Positions 45,244 through 53,969 of a DNA stretch of 63,354 nt are shown here, one piece after another; within the stretch, counting starts at the first letter, position 1, and every line of letters begins with the position of its first letter. Origin of the DNA: Rubrobacter sp. GTDB lineage: Bacteria; Actinomycetota; Rubrobacteria; Rubrobacterales; Rubrobacteraceae. Where the stretch lies: positions 1-63,354 of the forward strand of contig JACDAJ010000204.1 in assembly GCA_013695475.1 (NCBI GenBank), in the 5' to 3' direction. The notes below the pieces were generated by a model, which had not been told where the DNA came from, did not search any database, and worked only from the letters and a program-made list of their open reading frames with translations. A program made the position numbers and the translations under genes.

Positions 45244-46209
45244 ATGCCGAACAAAATCCTTATAACCCGAGAAATCCCGGACAAAGGAATGGCTCTCCTC
45301 GAAAACTTCGATACGAAAGTCCTCGGTGAAGGTGTCCCCGAACGGAGCGAACTCCTCGAAGCCGTGGAAGGCGTCTCGGCAGTCCTCTCCACCGTCACAG
45401 AGAAGATGGACGCGGAAGTCATGGACGCCGCCGGAGAGGACCTCAAAGTCATCGCGAACATGGCCGTCGGATACGACAACGTGGATGTGGATGCCGCGAC
45501 CGAGCGAAACATCGTCGTCGCGAACACGCCCGGAGTCCTCGACGAGACGACCGCCGATACCGCGTTCATGCTGCTTTTGGCGGCGGCGAGGCGACTCGGC
45601 GAAGGCGAGCGAATGCTCCGCGCCGGGAAGTGGGACGCGTGGGGGCCGAAGCAACTCATCGGTCCGGACGTGTTCGGAAAGAAGCTCGGCATAGTCGGCT
45701 TCGGGCGCATCGGACAGGCCGTGGCGAAGCGGGCGAGGGGCTTCGGAATGGGGATTTTTTATAATGCCCGCTCCCGCAAAAAGGATGCGGAGAAGGAACT
45801 CGATGCCCGCCGCCTCGACCTCGACGAACTCCTCCGAGAATGCGACTTCGTCTCCGTCCATACACCGCTTTCCGACGAGACTCATCATCTCGTCGGGGAG
45901 CGCGAACTCTCTTTGATGAAGCCCGAGGCCGTCCTCGTGAATACTTCCCGCGGCCCCGTCGTGGACGAGGCGGCGCTCGCCGACGCCCTCGAAAGCAAGC
46001 GCATTTTCGCCGCCGGACTCGATGTTTACGAGGAGGAGCCGAGCGTCCATCCGAGGCTCCTCGAACTCGAGAACGTCGTCCTCGCGCCGCACATCGGGAG
46101 CGCGTCCATCGAAACGAGGGGCAAAATGGCGGAGCTCGCGGCGAAGAACATCGCCGCGGTTTTGCGCGGCGAGACTCCACCGAACCCGGTGAATCCCGAA
46201 GCTCTGTGA
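45244..46209 (+). CDS. gyaR: D-2-hydroxyacid dehydrogenase / glyoxylate reductase
   Basis: ...GIVGFGRIGQAVAKRA...VNTSRGPVVDEAAL...AGLDVYEEEP...APHIGSAS... Confidence 0.9.
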   Translation: MPNKILITREIPDKGMALLENFDTKVLGEGVPERSELLEAVEGVSAVLSTVTEKMDAEVMDAAGEDLKVIANMAVGYDNVDVDAATERNIVVANTPGVLDETTADTAFMLLLAAARRLGEGERMLRAGKWDAWGPKQLIGPDVFGKKLGIVGFGRIGQAVAKRARGFGMGIFYNARSRKKDAEKELDARRLDLDELLRECDFVSVHTPLSDETHHLVGERELSLMKPEAVLVNTSRGPVVDEAALADALESKRIFAAGLDVYEEEPSVHPRLLELENVVLAPHIGSASIETRGKMAELAAKNIAAVLRGETPPNPVNPEAL

Positions 46210-46274
46210 ATTAGTCGGCCTGGATTTCGGGTAGCTGGTATCCTGCCGCTGACAACCGGAGGAACGGAGGAGAA

Positions 46275-46487
46275 ATGCCGGACACGAACGAACCCCTCAG
46301 CCGCGGAAGATTCCTGAAACTTTGCGCCGCCGGAGCCCTCGGACTCGCCGTGACTTTCGCCGCCGCCTGTGGCGAGGAAGACGAGGACGAGGAAGACGAG
46401 GAAGAAGACGAAAACGGCGAAGACGAAAACGGCGAAGACGAAGAAGACGAAGAAGACGAAGAAGACGGAGGCGGCGGTCTTTATTGA
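46275..46487 (+). CDS. Tat-signal lipoprotein whose mature part is an almost pure Asp/Glu tract
   Basis: GGAGGAG RBS. MPDTNEPLSRGRFLKLCAAGALGLAVTFAAAC-GEEDEDEEDEEEDENGEDENGEDEEDEEDEEDGGGGLY (twin-Arg motif, lipobox AAC). Confidence 0.5.
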   Translation: MPDTNEPLSRGRFLKLCAAGALGLAVTFAAACGEEDEDEEDEEEDENGEDENGEDEEDEEDEEDGGGGLY

Positions 46488-46635
46488 AGCGGCTCGCCGG
46501 ACACGCGATCCTCGAATTAGCGAGAAGCGCCGAATCGAAGCCCATAAACGGTGATGCCGCCGATGAGGGGGCCCATTCGTCCCAACCGAGGCGCGCCCCC
46601 GTCCCGCCAAACTCGCCAGCGCGTCCCATGCTCGC

Positions 46636-46664
46636 TTGACCATGCTTTAGTTTACCGGTAAACT
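46636..46664 (+). promoter_or_regulatory. Promoter TTGACC-17-TAAACT overlapped by the perfect 16-bp palindrome AGTTTACCGGTAAACT
   Basis: -35 at 46636-41, -10 at 46659-64, palindrome at 46649-46664. It is 53 bp upstream of the dioxygenase ATG. Confidence 0.5.
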
Positions 46665-46716
46665 TTGAAAATCGCGGGATCCGCGGTGGCGTTGGAAATT
46701 TCGAGAGGAGTGGTTT

Positions 46717-47691
46717 ATGGAGCTTGGCGGATTGCACCACGTTACGGCGGTGACGGGGGATGCATCGGGGAACGTTACTTTTTACACGGATGTGCTTGGG
46801 ATGCGGCTGGTGAAAAAGACTGTGAATCAAGACGATGTTTCGGCGTACCATCTTTTTTACGGGGATGAGATCGGGAACGCCGGAACCGAGATGACATTCT
46901 TCGACTGGTCGGCGGCGGGTCGGCATCGTCCGACGGCGGGCGAGGTTTCGGCGACCGCTTTCCGTATTTCCGGGCGAGATGCTCTCGAATGGTGGAAGGG
47001 GCGGTTCGACGAGCGCGGCGTTTCGCATGGAGAAATATACGAGCGCGGGGGGCGAGGCGTGCTTCCGTTCTCGGATCCAGAGTGGCAAAGGCTCGAGCTT
47101 GTGGACGACTCCGCAGGTGGTGGGACTTCACCCGGCGTTCCGTGGGAGAAAGCTCCCGTCGAGCCGGACAAAGGCATTCGCGGCCTCGAAGGGGTTTCGC
47201 TCTCGGTGGCGGAGATCGAGCCGACCGAGGCGGTTTTGACGGGCGTGATGGGCTTCCGCAAAGCCGACGAATACGAGGAGGACGGGCGTCGAGCCGTCGT
47301 CTTCGAGGTCGGGCCGGGCGGCTCCGGCGCGGAGGTGAGGGTGGTCGAGAGGCCGGATCTCCCATCCTCGCCGTTCTCGGGGGCGGGGGGCGTGCATCAC
47401 GTCGCGTTCCGAACCCCGGACGCGGAGGAACACGCGGCGTGGGCGGAGAGGGTTTCCAAAATCGGCATCCCGAACTCCGGCGTCGTCGAGCGGTTCTATT
47501 TCAAAAGTTTGTATTTCCGGGAGCCGGGCGGGGTTCTCTTCGAGCTCGCCACCGACGGCCCCGGCTTCGCCACCGACGAGGACGCCGGGCATCTCGGCGA
47601 GAGGCTCTCATTGCCTCCGTTTCTCGAAGCGCGCCGAGAGGAGATAGAGGCCGGACTCAAACCGATCACCACCACCGCTCCACGAGGGTGA
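46717..47691 (+). CDS. Ring-cleaving dioxygenase, glyoxalase/VOC superfamily (MhqO/YkcA-like)
   Basis: MELGGLHHVTAVTGDASGNVTFYTDVLGMRLVKKTVNQDDVSAYHLFYGD...GGVHHVAFRTPD...YFREPGGVLFELATD... Confidence 0.85.
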   Translation: MELGGLHHVTAVTGDASGNVTFYTDVLGMRLVKKTVNQDDVSAYHLFYGDEIGNAGTEMTFFDWSAAGRHRPTAGEVSATAFRISGRDALEWWKGRFDERGVSHGEIYERGGRGVLPFSDPEWQRLELVDDSAGGGTSPGVPWEKAPVEPDKGIRGLEGVSLSVAEIEPTEAVLTGVMGFRKADEYEEDGRRAVVFEVGPGGSGAEVRVVERPDLPSSPFSGAGGVHHVAFRTPDAEEHAAWAERVSKIGIPNSGVVERFYFKSLYFREPGGVLFELATDGPGFATDEDAGHLGERLSLPPFLEARREEIEAGLKPITTTAPRG

Positions 47692-47822
47692 TCGCCGCCG
47701 CGCATAATGTCTTGTCGTCGGTGTGGATCGAGGGAAGACGAGACGGGCAGCGAAGAATTTCTCGCGCGGCTCCGGTCGAGAGTTTCGGTTTTCGGGAGGC
47801 GAGCGGCGAATAATGCTATTTC

Positions 47823-47861
47823 GCGCGAATCGAAAAAAATACGGTTCGATGATTCGCGGCC
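47823..47861. repeat. Dispersed repeat family R1 copy
   Basis: gcgcgaatcgaaaaaaatacggttcgatgattcgcggcc. Confidence 0.55.
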
Positions 47862-47916
47862 CTCTTTCTCGATTCGCTCCGTCGGACGGATGCGGAAGCG
47901 ACTGGCCGGATCGCGT

Positions 47917-47946
47917 ATCAGCCAGCTTTTCGTTTTTGCTGGCTGG
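47917..47946. repeat. Hairpin family R3: GCCAGC-TTTTCGTTTTT-GCTGGC
   Basis: atcaGCCAGCttttcgtttttGCTGGCtgg. A near-identical hairpin is at 57900-57929. Confidence 0.6.
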
Positions 47947-47987
47947 CAAGCGAAGTGCGCGGCGAGCGCGAAGCAGAAGCGAAGTCG

Positions 47988-49454
47988 TTATTCCGGGTCG
48001 CCGTCGCCGGGCGGGACGGCGGACATTTGCTCCGGCTTTTTGGATCTCACGGCTCGGATGATGCCGAGTCCGCCGAGGATTCCGGCGACGAGGGATATGG
48101 GCCATGCGATGGCTTTCGGGAACTTCGCGCCGAGGAGGGAGGCGGCGAGGAGCGCAGCCCCGACGGCGGCGGCGATGGTGTTTTCGTGGGTGTCCAATGG
48201 GGCGGCGCTTTTTTGGAGCGCCGAGCTTCCGACGCGGGCGGCGGTCGCCGCCGCTCCGCCGCCGCTCCCGGCGAAGTTCCGGCGGACGCGGCGGTTCCGG
48301 CGTTCCGCGCTTTGTATGCGAGCCTCCGGCCGGACTCTCGGGCGGGCTTCGGGGCGGCGGGATTTCTCCAGCCGGATCTCCCTCGCGTTCGAGAGGTCGT
48401 CCTCGAACGCCCGCTCCATCTCCCCGCCGAACTCCTTGTCCTCGGCGACGAGATCCATCTCCCAGTTCGCCGTCAAACTGCTCACGTTCAAATTCGTCGA
48501 ACCGACCCTCGACCACCACCCGTCCACGACGGTCGTCTTCGCATGCATCATCGGCCCGCCATACTCGAAGATGCGGATGCCCGATTCGAGAAACTGCCGA
48601 TATCCCGTCCTCGAAACCACCCCGATCCACGGCAAGTCGTTCGTCGCCGGAACCAAAACGCGCACGTCCACGCCGTCCTTCGCCGCCGACATGAGAGCCT
48701 GGGTGAGGACGGGCATCGAGAGGAAATAAGCGTCGGCGATCCAGATTCTATCCTGCGCCCCGGCGCATATTAGCTGCAAAACGCGGAGTATCCTCATCCT
48801 CGACGGTTCTTGTATGACGATGCGGACGTTCTTGTCCCCGATGTCCGGGATGTCGCCGGGTCGAGCGTATTCCCCATCCGGCAACTTTTCCCCGGACTCG
48901 TTCCAGACTTCGGCGAAGGCCCGGTCTATGTCGGCGACGGCGGAACCTCGGACGCCGACGGCGGTGTCGCGGTACGGGAGGCCGGAGTCGGGGGAGGTCA
49001 CGAGCCAGCCGTCGTCTATGCATATTCCTCCGGTCGAGCCGTACTCGCCGTCCACGACGAGGAGCTTCCGGTGGTCGCGCCGCGTCGCCCCGAAAGGCGA
49101 GCCGAGCGTCGGCGGATTCACCGCCCGAACCTCGACCCCGGAACTCCGCATATCCCTCCAGAAAGAGCGCGGCACATCGAGGCACCCAAACCAGTCATAA
49201 AGCACGCGAACCGGAACGCCCTCGGAGGCTTTCCGCGAAAGAGCCTCGGCGAAGCGCCCCCCGACGCCGTCGTTTCGGAAGATGTAATTTTCGAGGTGGA
49301 TGTATTTCTCCGCGCCGGATATTTCCGCGAGCCACTCGTCATAAGTATTCGGCCCGTTGAGGAGGAGGCCGAGGCGGTTCCCCTCCCGGAGCGGCGCGTC
49401 GCTCGCCCGGGCGAGGGCTTTGTTCAGGCGGTCGTTTTCCCGGAGTTCGTCCAT
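47988..49454 (-). CDS. Phospholipase D / cardiolipin synthase-like protein with two HKD motifs and a C-terminal membrane anchor
   Basis: Internal Met MDELREND... (49454) of ORF 47988..49742. HRKLLVVDGEYGSTGG and HAKTTVVDGWWSRVGSTN. C-terminal hydrophobic segments AAVGAALLAASLLGA and WPISLVAGILGGLGII. Confidence 0.85.
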   Translation of the reverse strand: MDELRENDRLNKALARASDAPLREGNRLGLLLNGPNTYDEWLAEISGAEKYIHLENYIFRNDGVGGRFAEALSRKASEGVPVRVLYDWFGCLDVPRSFWRDMRSSGVEVRAVNPPTLGSPFGATRRDHRKLLVVDGEYGSTGGICIDDGWLVTSPDSGLPYRDTAVGVRGSAVADIDRAFAEVWNESGEKLPDGEYARPGDIPDIGDKNVRIVIQEPSRMRILRVLQLICAGAQDRIWIADAYFLSMPVLTQALMSAAKDGVDVRVLVPATNDLPWIGVVSRTGYRQFLESGIRIFEYGGPMMHAKTTVVDGWWSRVGSTNLNVSSLTANWEMDLVAEDKEFGGEMERAFEDDLSNAREIRLEKSRRPEARPRVRPEARIQSAERRNRRVRRNFAGSGGGAAATAARVGSSALQKSAAPLDTHENTIAAAVGAALLAASLLGAKFPKAIAWPISLVAGILGGLGIIRAVRSKKPEQMSAVPPGDGDPE

Positions 49455-49740
49455 TTGGTGGGATTTTACCCGCTCTCGACTTTCTTTCCTTCGATCCACC
49501 GCCTCCACGCCCGGCGAAATCTCGACAACCCGGCACCGTACTTTGACGGCGGAAGTTTCGATACTCGCTTTCCCCGACTCCCGAAACGAGCGAAGCGAGT
49601 GCCTCCCGCCTCCCCGCTCCCGGAGCGAAGCGGCCCGAGCGAAGCGAACTCGACGAGAGGAGCGACCCTCCGTCGCCCGCTTGACGAGCGAAAGCATCGG
49701 ATGCAAACTTCGGGGTTTCCATACGAGCGGGAGGGTGTCC

Positions 49741-50568
49741 ATGAAGGTTTATATTTCGGCGGACATGGAGGGCGTCACGGGCGTGACGCATCCGCAGGAT
49801 GTGATCCCCGGCCGCGAACGCTTCGACGACTTCCGAAAACACCTCACCGCCGACGTGAACGCCGCCATCGAAGGCGCCGCGAAAGCGGGAGCGACCGAGT
49901 TCCTCGTCAACGAAGCGCACGACGGTATGCGAAACATCGTCCTCGAAGACCTCGACGAGCGGGCCGAGGTCATAGTCGGGAGCCGGAAGCCGCTCTCGAT
50001 GATGGAGGGCTTCGAAGGCTCGGACGTCGCCTTCCTCGTCGGATACCATGCGATGGCCGGAGTCGAAGGAATTCTCAGCCACACGTTCCATACCCCGCTC
50101 GCCGCCGTCGCCGTCGAACTCAACGGCGAGCCATGCAGCGAAGCGAGGATGAACGCGACTTTGGCGGGAACGAAAGGCGTCCCCGTCGGCCTCGTCACCG
50201 GCGACGACGTGGCTTGCGCCGAGGCGAAATCTTTGTACGCGGGAGTGAGAACGGCGAAAGTGAAAACCGCGATAGACCGGTACACCGCCCGGTGCGTCCA
50301 CCCGAGGAAAGCGGTCGAGGCGATTCGGAGCGCGGCGGAGGTGGCGGTGGAGAATTCATCGTCGCTCGCGCCATACATCCTTTCGCCTCCGTACACTTTC
50401 ACAGTCGAGTTCGCGACGGCGAGCACGGCGGCGGGCGTGATGTTTTTCCCGGGGCTCGAGCGCGTGGATGAGCGGCGCGTGTTCATCGCCCACGAGGATT
50501 TCGAGACGGCATTCAAAATGTTCATCGGGGTCATGCGGATGGCGAGCTACGACCCGGACTACGGATAA
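49741..50568 (+). CDS. M55-family metallopeptidase (DppA-like D-aminopeptidase)
   Basis: MKVYISADMEGVTGVTHPQDV...VNEAHDGMRN...GYHAMAG... Confidence 0.85.
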   Translation: MKVYISADMEGVTGVTHPQDVIPGRERFDDFRKHLTADVNAAIEGAAKAGATEFLVNEAHDGMRNIVLEDLDERAEVIVGSRKPLSMMEGFEGSDVAFLVGYHAMAGVEGILSHTFHTPLAAVAVELNGEPCSEARMNATLAGTKGVPVGLVTGDDVACAEAKSLYAGVRTAKVKTAIDRYTARCVHPRKAVEAIRSAAEVAVENSSSLAPYILSPPYTFTVEFATASTAAGVMFFPGLERVDERRVFIAHEDFETAFKMFIGVMRMASYDPDYG

Positions 50569-50577
50569 GGAGTTCCA

Positions 50578-52263
50578 ATGACCGAGCCCGCGCGCGACAA
50601 ATGGTCGGAGTGGCTCCTCGCCCGCCGCGACGGCGGGGACCCCGAACAAAGAAAAAAGACCCTCGAATTCCTCGCCCCCGTGCGTGAAAAAGTTCTCGAA
50701 AACGCCGCTCTCTCCGGCGGCGAGACGCTCCTCGACGTCGGGGCGGGAGACGGCCTCATCGCCTTCGGCGCGCTCGATGTGGTCGGGGAGGATGGCGCGG
50801 TCGTATTCTCCGACATTTCCCGCGACCTCCTCGACCACAGCCGGAGTCTGGCGCGGGAGATGGACGTTCTCGGAAGGTGCCGTTTCGTCGAGGCTTCGGC
50901 GGATGATCTCTCGGAGGTCGAAAGCTCGTCCGTGGATGTGGTGACGACTCGCTCGGTTCTCATATACGTCGAGGACAAAAGGCGTGCTTTCGAAGAGTTC
51001 CATCGGGTACTCGCGCCGGGTGGGCGGCTCTCGGTTTGGGAGCCGATAAACAATTTCCGCGACGCCCTCGCCCCGGACTTCTTCCTCGGATGCGACACTT
51101 CCCCCGTCGAAGACCTCGCCGGAAAAGTGGCGGCGGTGTATCGGCGCATCCAGCCCATGGACGCCGACCCGATGCTCGACTTCGATGAGCGGAGTCTTTT
51201 TTCTCTCGCGGAGGAGGCGGGATTCGAGGAGACATCCCTCGATCTCGAGGCCCGAACACGAGCCGGAAGCTCGTATAACGAAGAGTCGCCGGAGTGGGGG
51301 AAATTCATAAAAAGAAGCGGAAACCCGAAGATCCCGACGCTCGAGGAAGCGATGGACGAAGCATTGACGCCCGAAGAACGGGAAAGGTTCGCCTCCCATC
51401 TCCGCCCTCTCGTGGAAGGCGGCAAACAAAGGACGTCCACCGCCGCCGCGTACTTGTGGGCGACCAAAAAAAGGAGGCATGATTCCATGCCAAACTCCGA
51501 AACACCCGTCGCCGTCGTAACCGGAGCCGCCCGCGGCATTGGAAAGGAAGTCGCCAAAACCCTCGCCGAGCGCGGCTTCGCCGTCGCCGTCAACGACCTC
51601 GAAGCCCCGGAGGACGTGGCCGAGGAAACCGGAGGAATCTCCTTTCCCGGCGACGTGTCCGATGAAGAATCCGTGCGAGGGATGGTTCGGGCGGTGACGG
51701 ATCATTTCGGGCGTGTGGACGTTCTCGTGAACAACGCGGGCATAAGCTCGATCCTCCCGGCGGAGGAAACCTCGACCGAAGTATGGCGGCGCACCCTCGA
51801 CATAAATCTCACCGGGCCGTTCCTCATGTGCCGGGAGTTCGGGAAGATGATGCTCGAACGCGGCTCCGGCTCCATCGTGAACATAAGCTCCATCGCGGGG
51901 CTTCTCGGCGTCTCCGACCGCGCCGCGTACAACGCCTCGAAGCATGGCCTCGTCGGCCTCACACGCACTCTCGCGGGGGAGTGGGGGGGGCGGGGCGTGC
52001 GGGTGAACGCGGTGTGTCCGGGGTGGGTGAAGACGGAGATGGACGAAGAGGATCAAAGCGGGGGCGGATACTCCGACTCGGACATCGAAGGCCGCACCCC
52101 GATGGCCCGCTTCGCGAAGCCGGAGGACATCGCGAACGCCGTCGCATTCCTCGCCGACTCCTCGCAAAGCGGGTACATAAGCGGGCATACATTGTCCGTG
52201 GATGGCGGGTGGTTCGGGGATGGGTCGTGGGAGAGTTTGCGGAGGCGGAAGCAGGATTTGTAG
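50578..52263 (+). CDS. Single ORF joining a class-I SAM-dependent methyltransferase (aa 1-~300) to an SDR/FabG-like reductase (aa ~304-561)
   Basis: MT motif I LLDVGAGDG. SDR motifs VVTGAARGIG, NNAG and YNASKHG. The junction ...WATKKRRHDS-MPNSETP contains an A7 run (51466-72), GGAGG (51473-77) and an in-frame ATG at 51487. Confidence 0.8.
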   Translation: MTEPARDKWSEWLLARRDGGDPEQRKKTLEFLAPVREKVLENAALSGGETLLDVGAGDGLIAFGALDVVGEDGAVVFSDISRDLLDHSRSLAREMDVLGRCRFVEASADDLSEVESSSVDVVTTRSVLIYVEDKRRAFEEFHRVLAPGGRLSVWEPINNFRDALAPDFFLGCDTSPVEDLAGKVAAVYRRIQPMDADPMLDFDERSLFSLAEEAGFEETSLDLEARTRAGSSYNEESPEWGKFIKRSGNPKIPTLEEAMDEALTPEERERFASHLRPLVEGGKQRTSTAAAYLWATKKRRHDSMPNSETPVAVVTGAARGIGKEVAKTLAERGFAVAVNDLEAPEDVAEETGGISFPGDVSDEESVRGMVRAVTDHFGRVDVLVNNAGISSILPAEETSTEVWRRTLDINLTGPFLMCREFGKMMLERGSGSIVNISSIAGLLGVSDRAAYNASKHGLVGLTRTLAGEWGGRGVRVNAVCPGWVKTEMDEEDQSGGGYSDSDIEGRTPMARFAKPEDIANAVAFLADSSQSGYISGHTLSVDGGWFGDGSWESLRRRKQDL

Positions 52264-52273
52264 AGGAGGACAT

Positions 52274-52645
52274 TCAAGGGAGGGGTGATATCCGGACTGC
52301 CCCGTCCACTTTCACTTCGATGTTTATTTCGTGTCCATGCAACAAGGACATGCCGATCAGCGGATCTCCGCCCGAGGCGAGGATTTGCACGCCGCGTTCT
52401 TCGCCATCCCATAATATTCTCGTGCGAAATATCTCGAGGGTGGCGCGTCTGCCGTCTGCGAGGATGGCTTCACGGATGCCCTGTGATGTCAGTCCCAATG
52501 CCTCGATCTCCGTTTTCGGCAAGGTCAGATAGCCCGTGAGCCCGGTGTCGAGCACGGCGGCGACCTCGATCCGGCCATCGTCGAAACCCAGGATTTCGAC
52601 ATGCAAAATAGCTTCGCGACGCGCGTTCACCGCGCCGATCATCAT
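52274..52645 (-). CDS. Retropepsin-like (clan AA) aspartic protease, AF_0612/TIGR03698-like
   Basis: 123 aa, with a DTG active-site motif in ...EVAAVLDTGLTGYLTLP... and ...LIGMSLL... Confidence 0.7.
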   Translation of the reverse strand: MMIGAVNARREAILHVEILGFDDGRIEVAAVLDTGLTGYLTLPKTEIEALGLTSQGIREAILADGRRATLEIFRTRILWDGEERGVQILASGGDPLIGMSLLHGHEINIEVKVDGAVRISPLP

Positions 52646-52905
52646 GCGAGTTCAGCGACCCCGCCGATGCGGTACGCGGCTCGGTCGCCGATTCGCAGAC
52701 CGTACAGAACGGCGTCGGGGTTCTTCGCCAACGCCCGATCCGAGGCCGCGAGGTCGTCGGCGTCCAGCTCGTACGAACCCGTGGTAATGTCCACCACCAC
52801 GAACTCTCCCCGATGTTCCCCTTCGACATCCCGGCGTATCCGGCGCTCGTAGATTTCTTTGCCTCGCCGGGCGACTTCCTCCGCAGTGTATCCAGCGTAC
52901 GCCAT
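52642..52905 (-). CDS. Small (87 aa) protein translationally coupled to the retropepsin-like gene; unknown function
   Basis: GAGGAG RBS. MAYAGYTAEEVARRGKEIYERRIRRDVEGEHRGEFVVVDITTGSYELDADDLAASDRALAKNPDAVLYGLRIG... 4-nt ATGA overlap with the downstream gene. Confidence 0.6.
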   Translation of the reverse strand: MAYAGYTAEEVARRGKEIYERRIRRDVEGEHRGEFVVVDITTGSYELDADDLAASDRALAKNPDAVLYGLRIGDRAAYRIGGVAELA

Positions 52906-52972
52906 GCCTCATACTCCTCGCTCGCGGCAATTTCTCGTTCATGATTTTATCTGGCGAGCCGGAAGAGCGCGG

Positions 52973-53653
52973 CTATCCGATCCGCTGCGCGAACACCGAT
53001 TTCACCAATGGCCCGCCGAGATGGTGTATTCCCCCGTCCGCGTCTTCGACGACGACCACGCCGTCTATGTCCCGGATCTCCCGCACGGTGAGAACCCTCC
53101 CCGGCACGAGGCCGCGCTCCCCGAGATAGTCGAGCATCGGGATGCTCTCGTCGCTGACTTTGGAAATGCGGACTTTTTGCCCGGCCTCGGCTTCCCCGAG
53201 CGGCTTTGAGTCGTCCGGCTGGAGAATGCCCTCCCGCGTCGGTATGGGGTCGCCGTGGGGATCATGGCCGGGGTGTCCGAGGAACTCCGAAAGCCTCTCC
53301 GTGAAAACATCGGAAACGGCATGCTCTAGTTTTTCGGCCTCGTCATGGACTTCCTCCCACGTGTATCCGAGGTGTTCGAGGAGGAAGGTCTCGATGAGCC
53401 GATGCCGCCGGACGAGCCGGAGCGCCTCTTCGTGGCCGCGTTCGGTGAGCGAGGCTCCGTGGTACCGCTCGTACTCGACGAAGCCCATGGTTTGCAGACG
53501 CCCGAGCATGTTCGTCACCGACGCCGGAGCGACCGCGAGATGGCCGGACACCTCCTTTGTCAAGGCCGCGCCGTCCCCGGCTATCGTCCATATGGCCTTA
53601 ATATAGTCGCCCGTCGAGACGGAGAGCGGGTGTGCTTGCGCCGAATCAGTCAT
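52973..53653 (-). CDS. mntR: DtxR-family metal-dependent repressor (MntR/IdeR-like) with a C-terminal FeoA/SH3-like domain
   Basis: Internal Met MTDSAQAHPLSVSTGDYIKAIW... (53653). ...ASVTNMLGRLQTMGFVEYERYHGASLTERG...RRHRLIETFL... Confidence 0.88.
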   Translation of the reverse strand: MTDSAQAHPLSVSTGDYIKAIWTIAGDGAALTKEVSGHLAVAPASVTNMLGRLQTMGFVEYERYHGASLTERGHEEALRLVRRHRLIETFLLEHLGYTWEEVHDEAEKLEHAVSDVFTERLSEFLGHPGHDPHGDPIPTREGILQPDDSKPLGEAEAGQKVRISKVSDESIPMLDYLGERGLVPGRVLTVREIRDIDGVVVVEDADGGIHHLGGPLVKSVFAQRIG

Positions 53654-53903
53654 CGCACGGCGAATACTAGCATTTAGCATGAGGGGCTTCCCGATGGAGC
53701 TGCTCGCCGCTGGCGAACCCTCCGGCGAACCGCTGTCGCTTTGATTCAAGGCCACCGAGGAGCCTCCATCCCCGACCGAAGATACTGCGAATCCGGCCTC
53801 GAAGCCGCTGTCGGATCCGCCATGAAAACGAAGCCGCAGACCATGATCGCGGCGTGAACAAATTATATTTTGAGTTGAATCGCAGCTTGACGATTGCCGC
53901 GCA

Positions 53904-53932
53904 TTAGTGCAAACTTTAGCCAAAGCTAAAAT
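53904..53932 (+). promoter_or_regulatory. Promoter TTAGTG-17-TAAAAT with palindrome TTTAGC-caaa-GCTAAA (candidate DtxR/MntR box)
   Basis: The palindrome at 53915-53930 overlaps the spacer and -10. It is upstream of the metal ABC transporter operon and divergent from mntR. Confidence 0.5.
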
Positions 53933-53969
53933 ATTTCAGAGAACGGCGGAAATACAAAAACGGAAAGGG

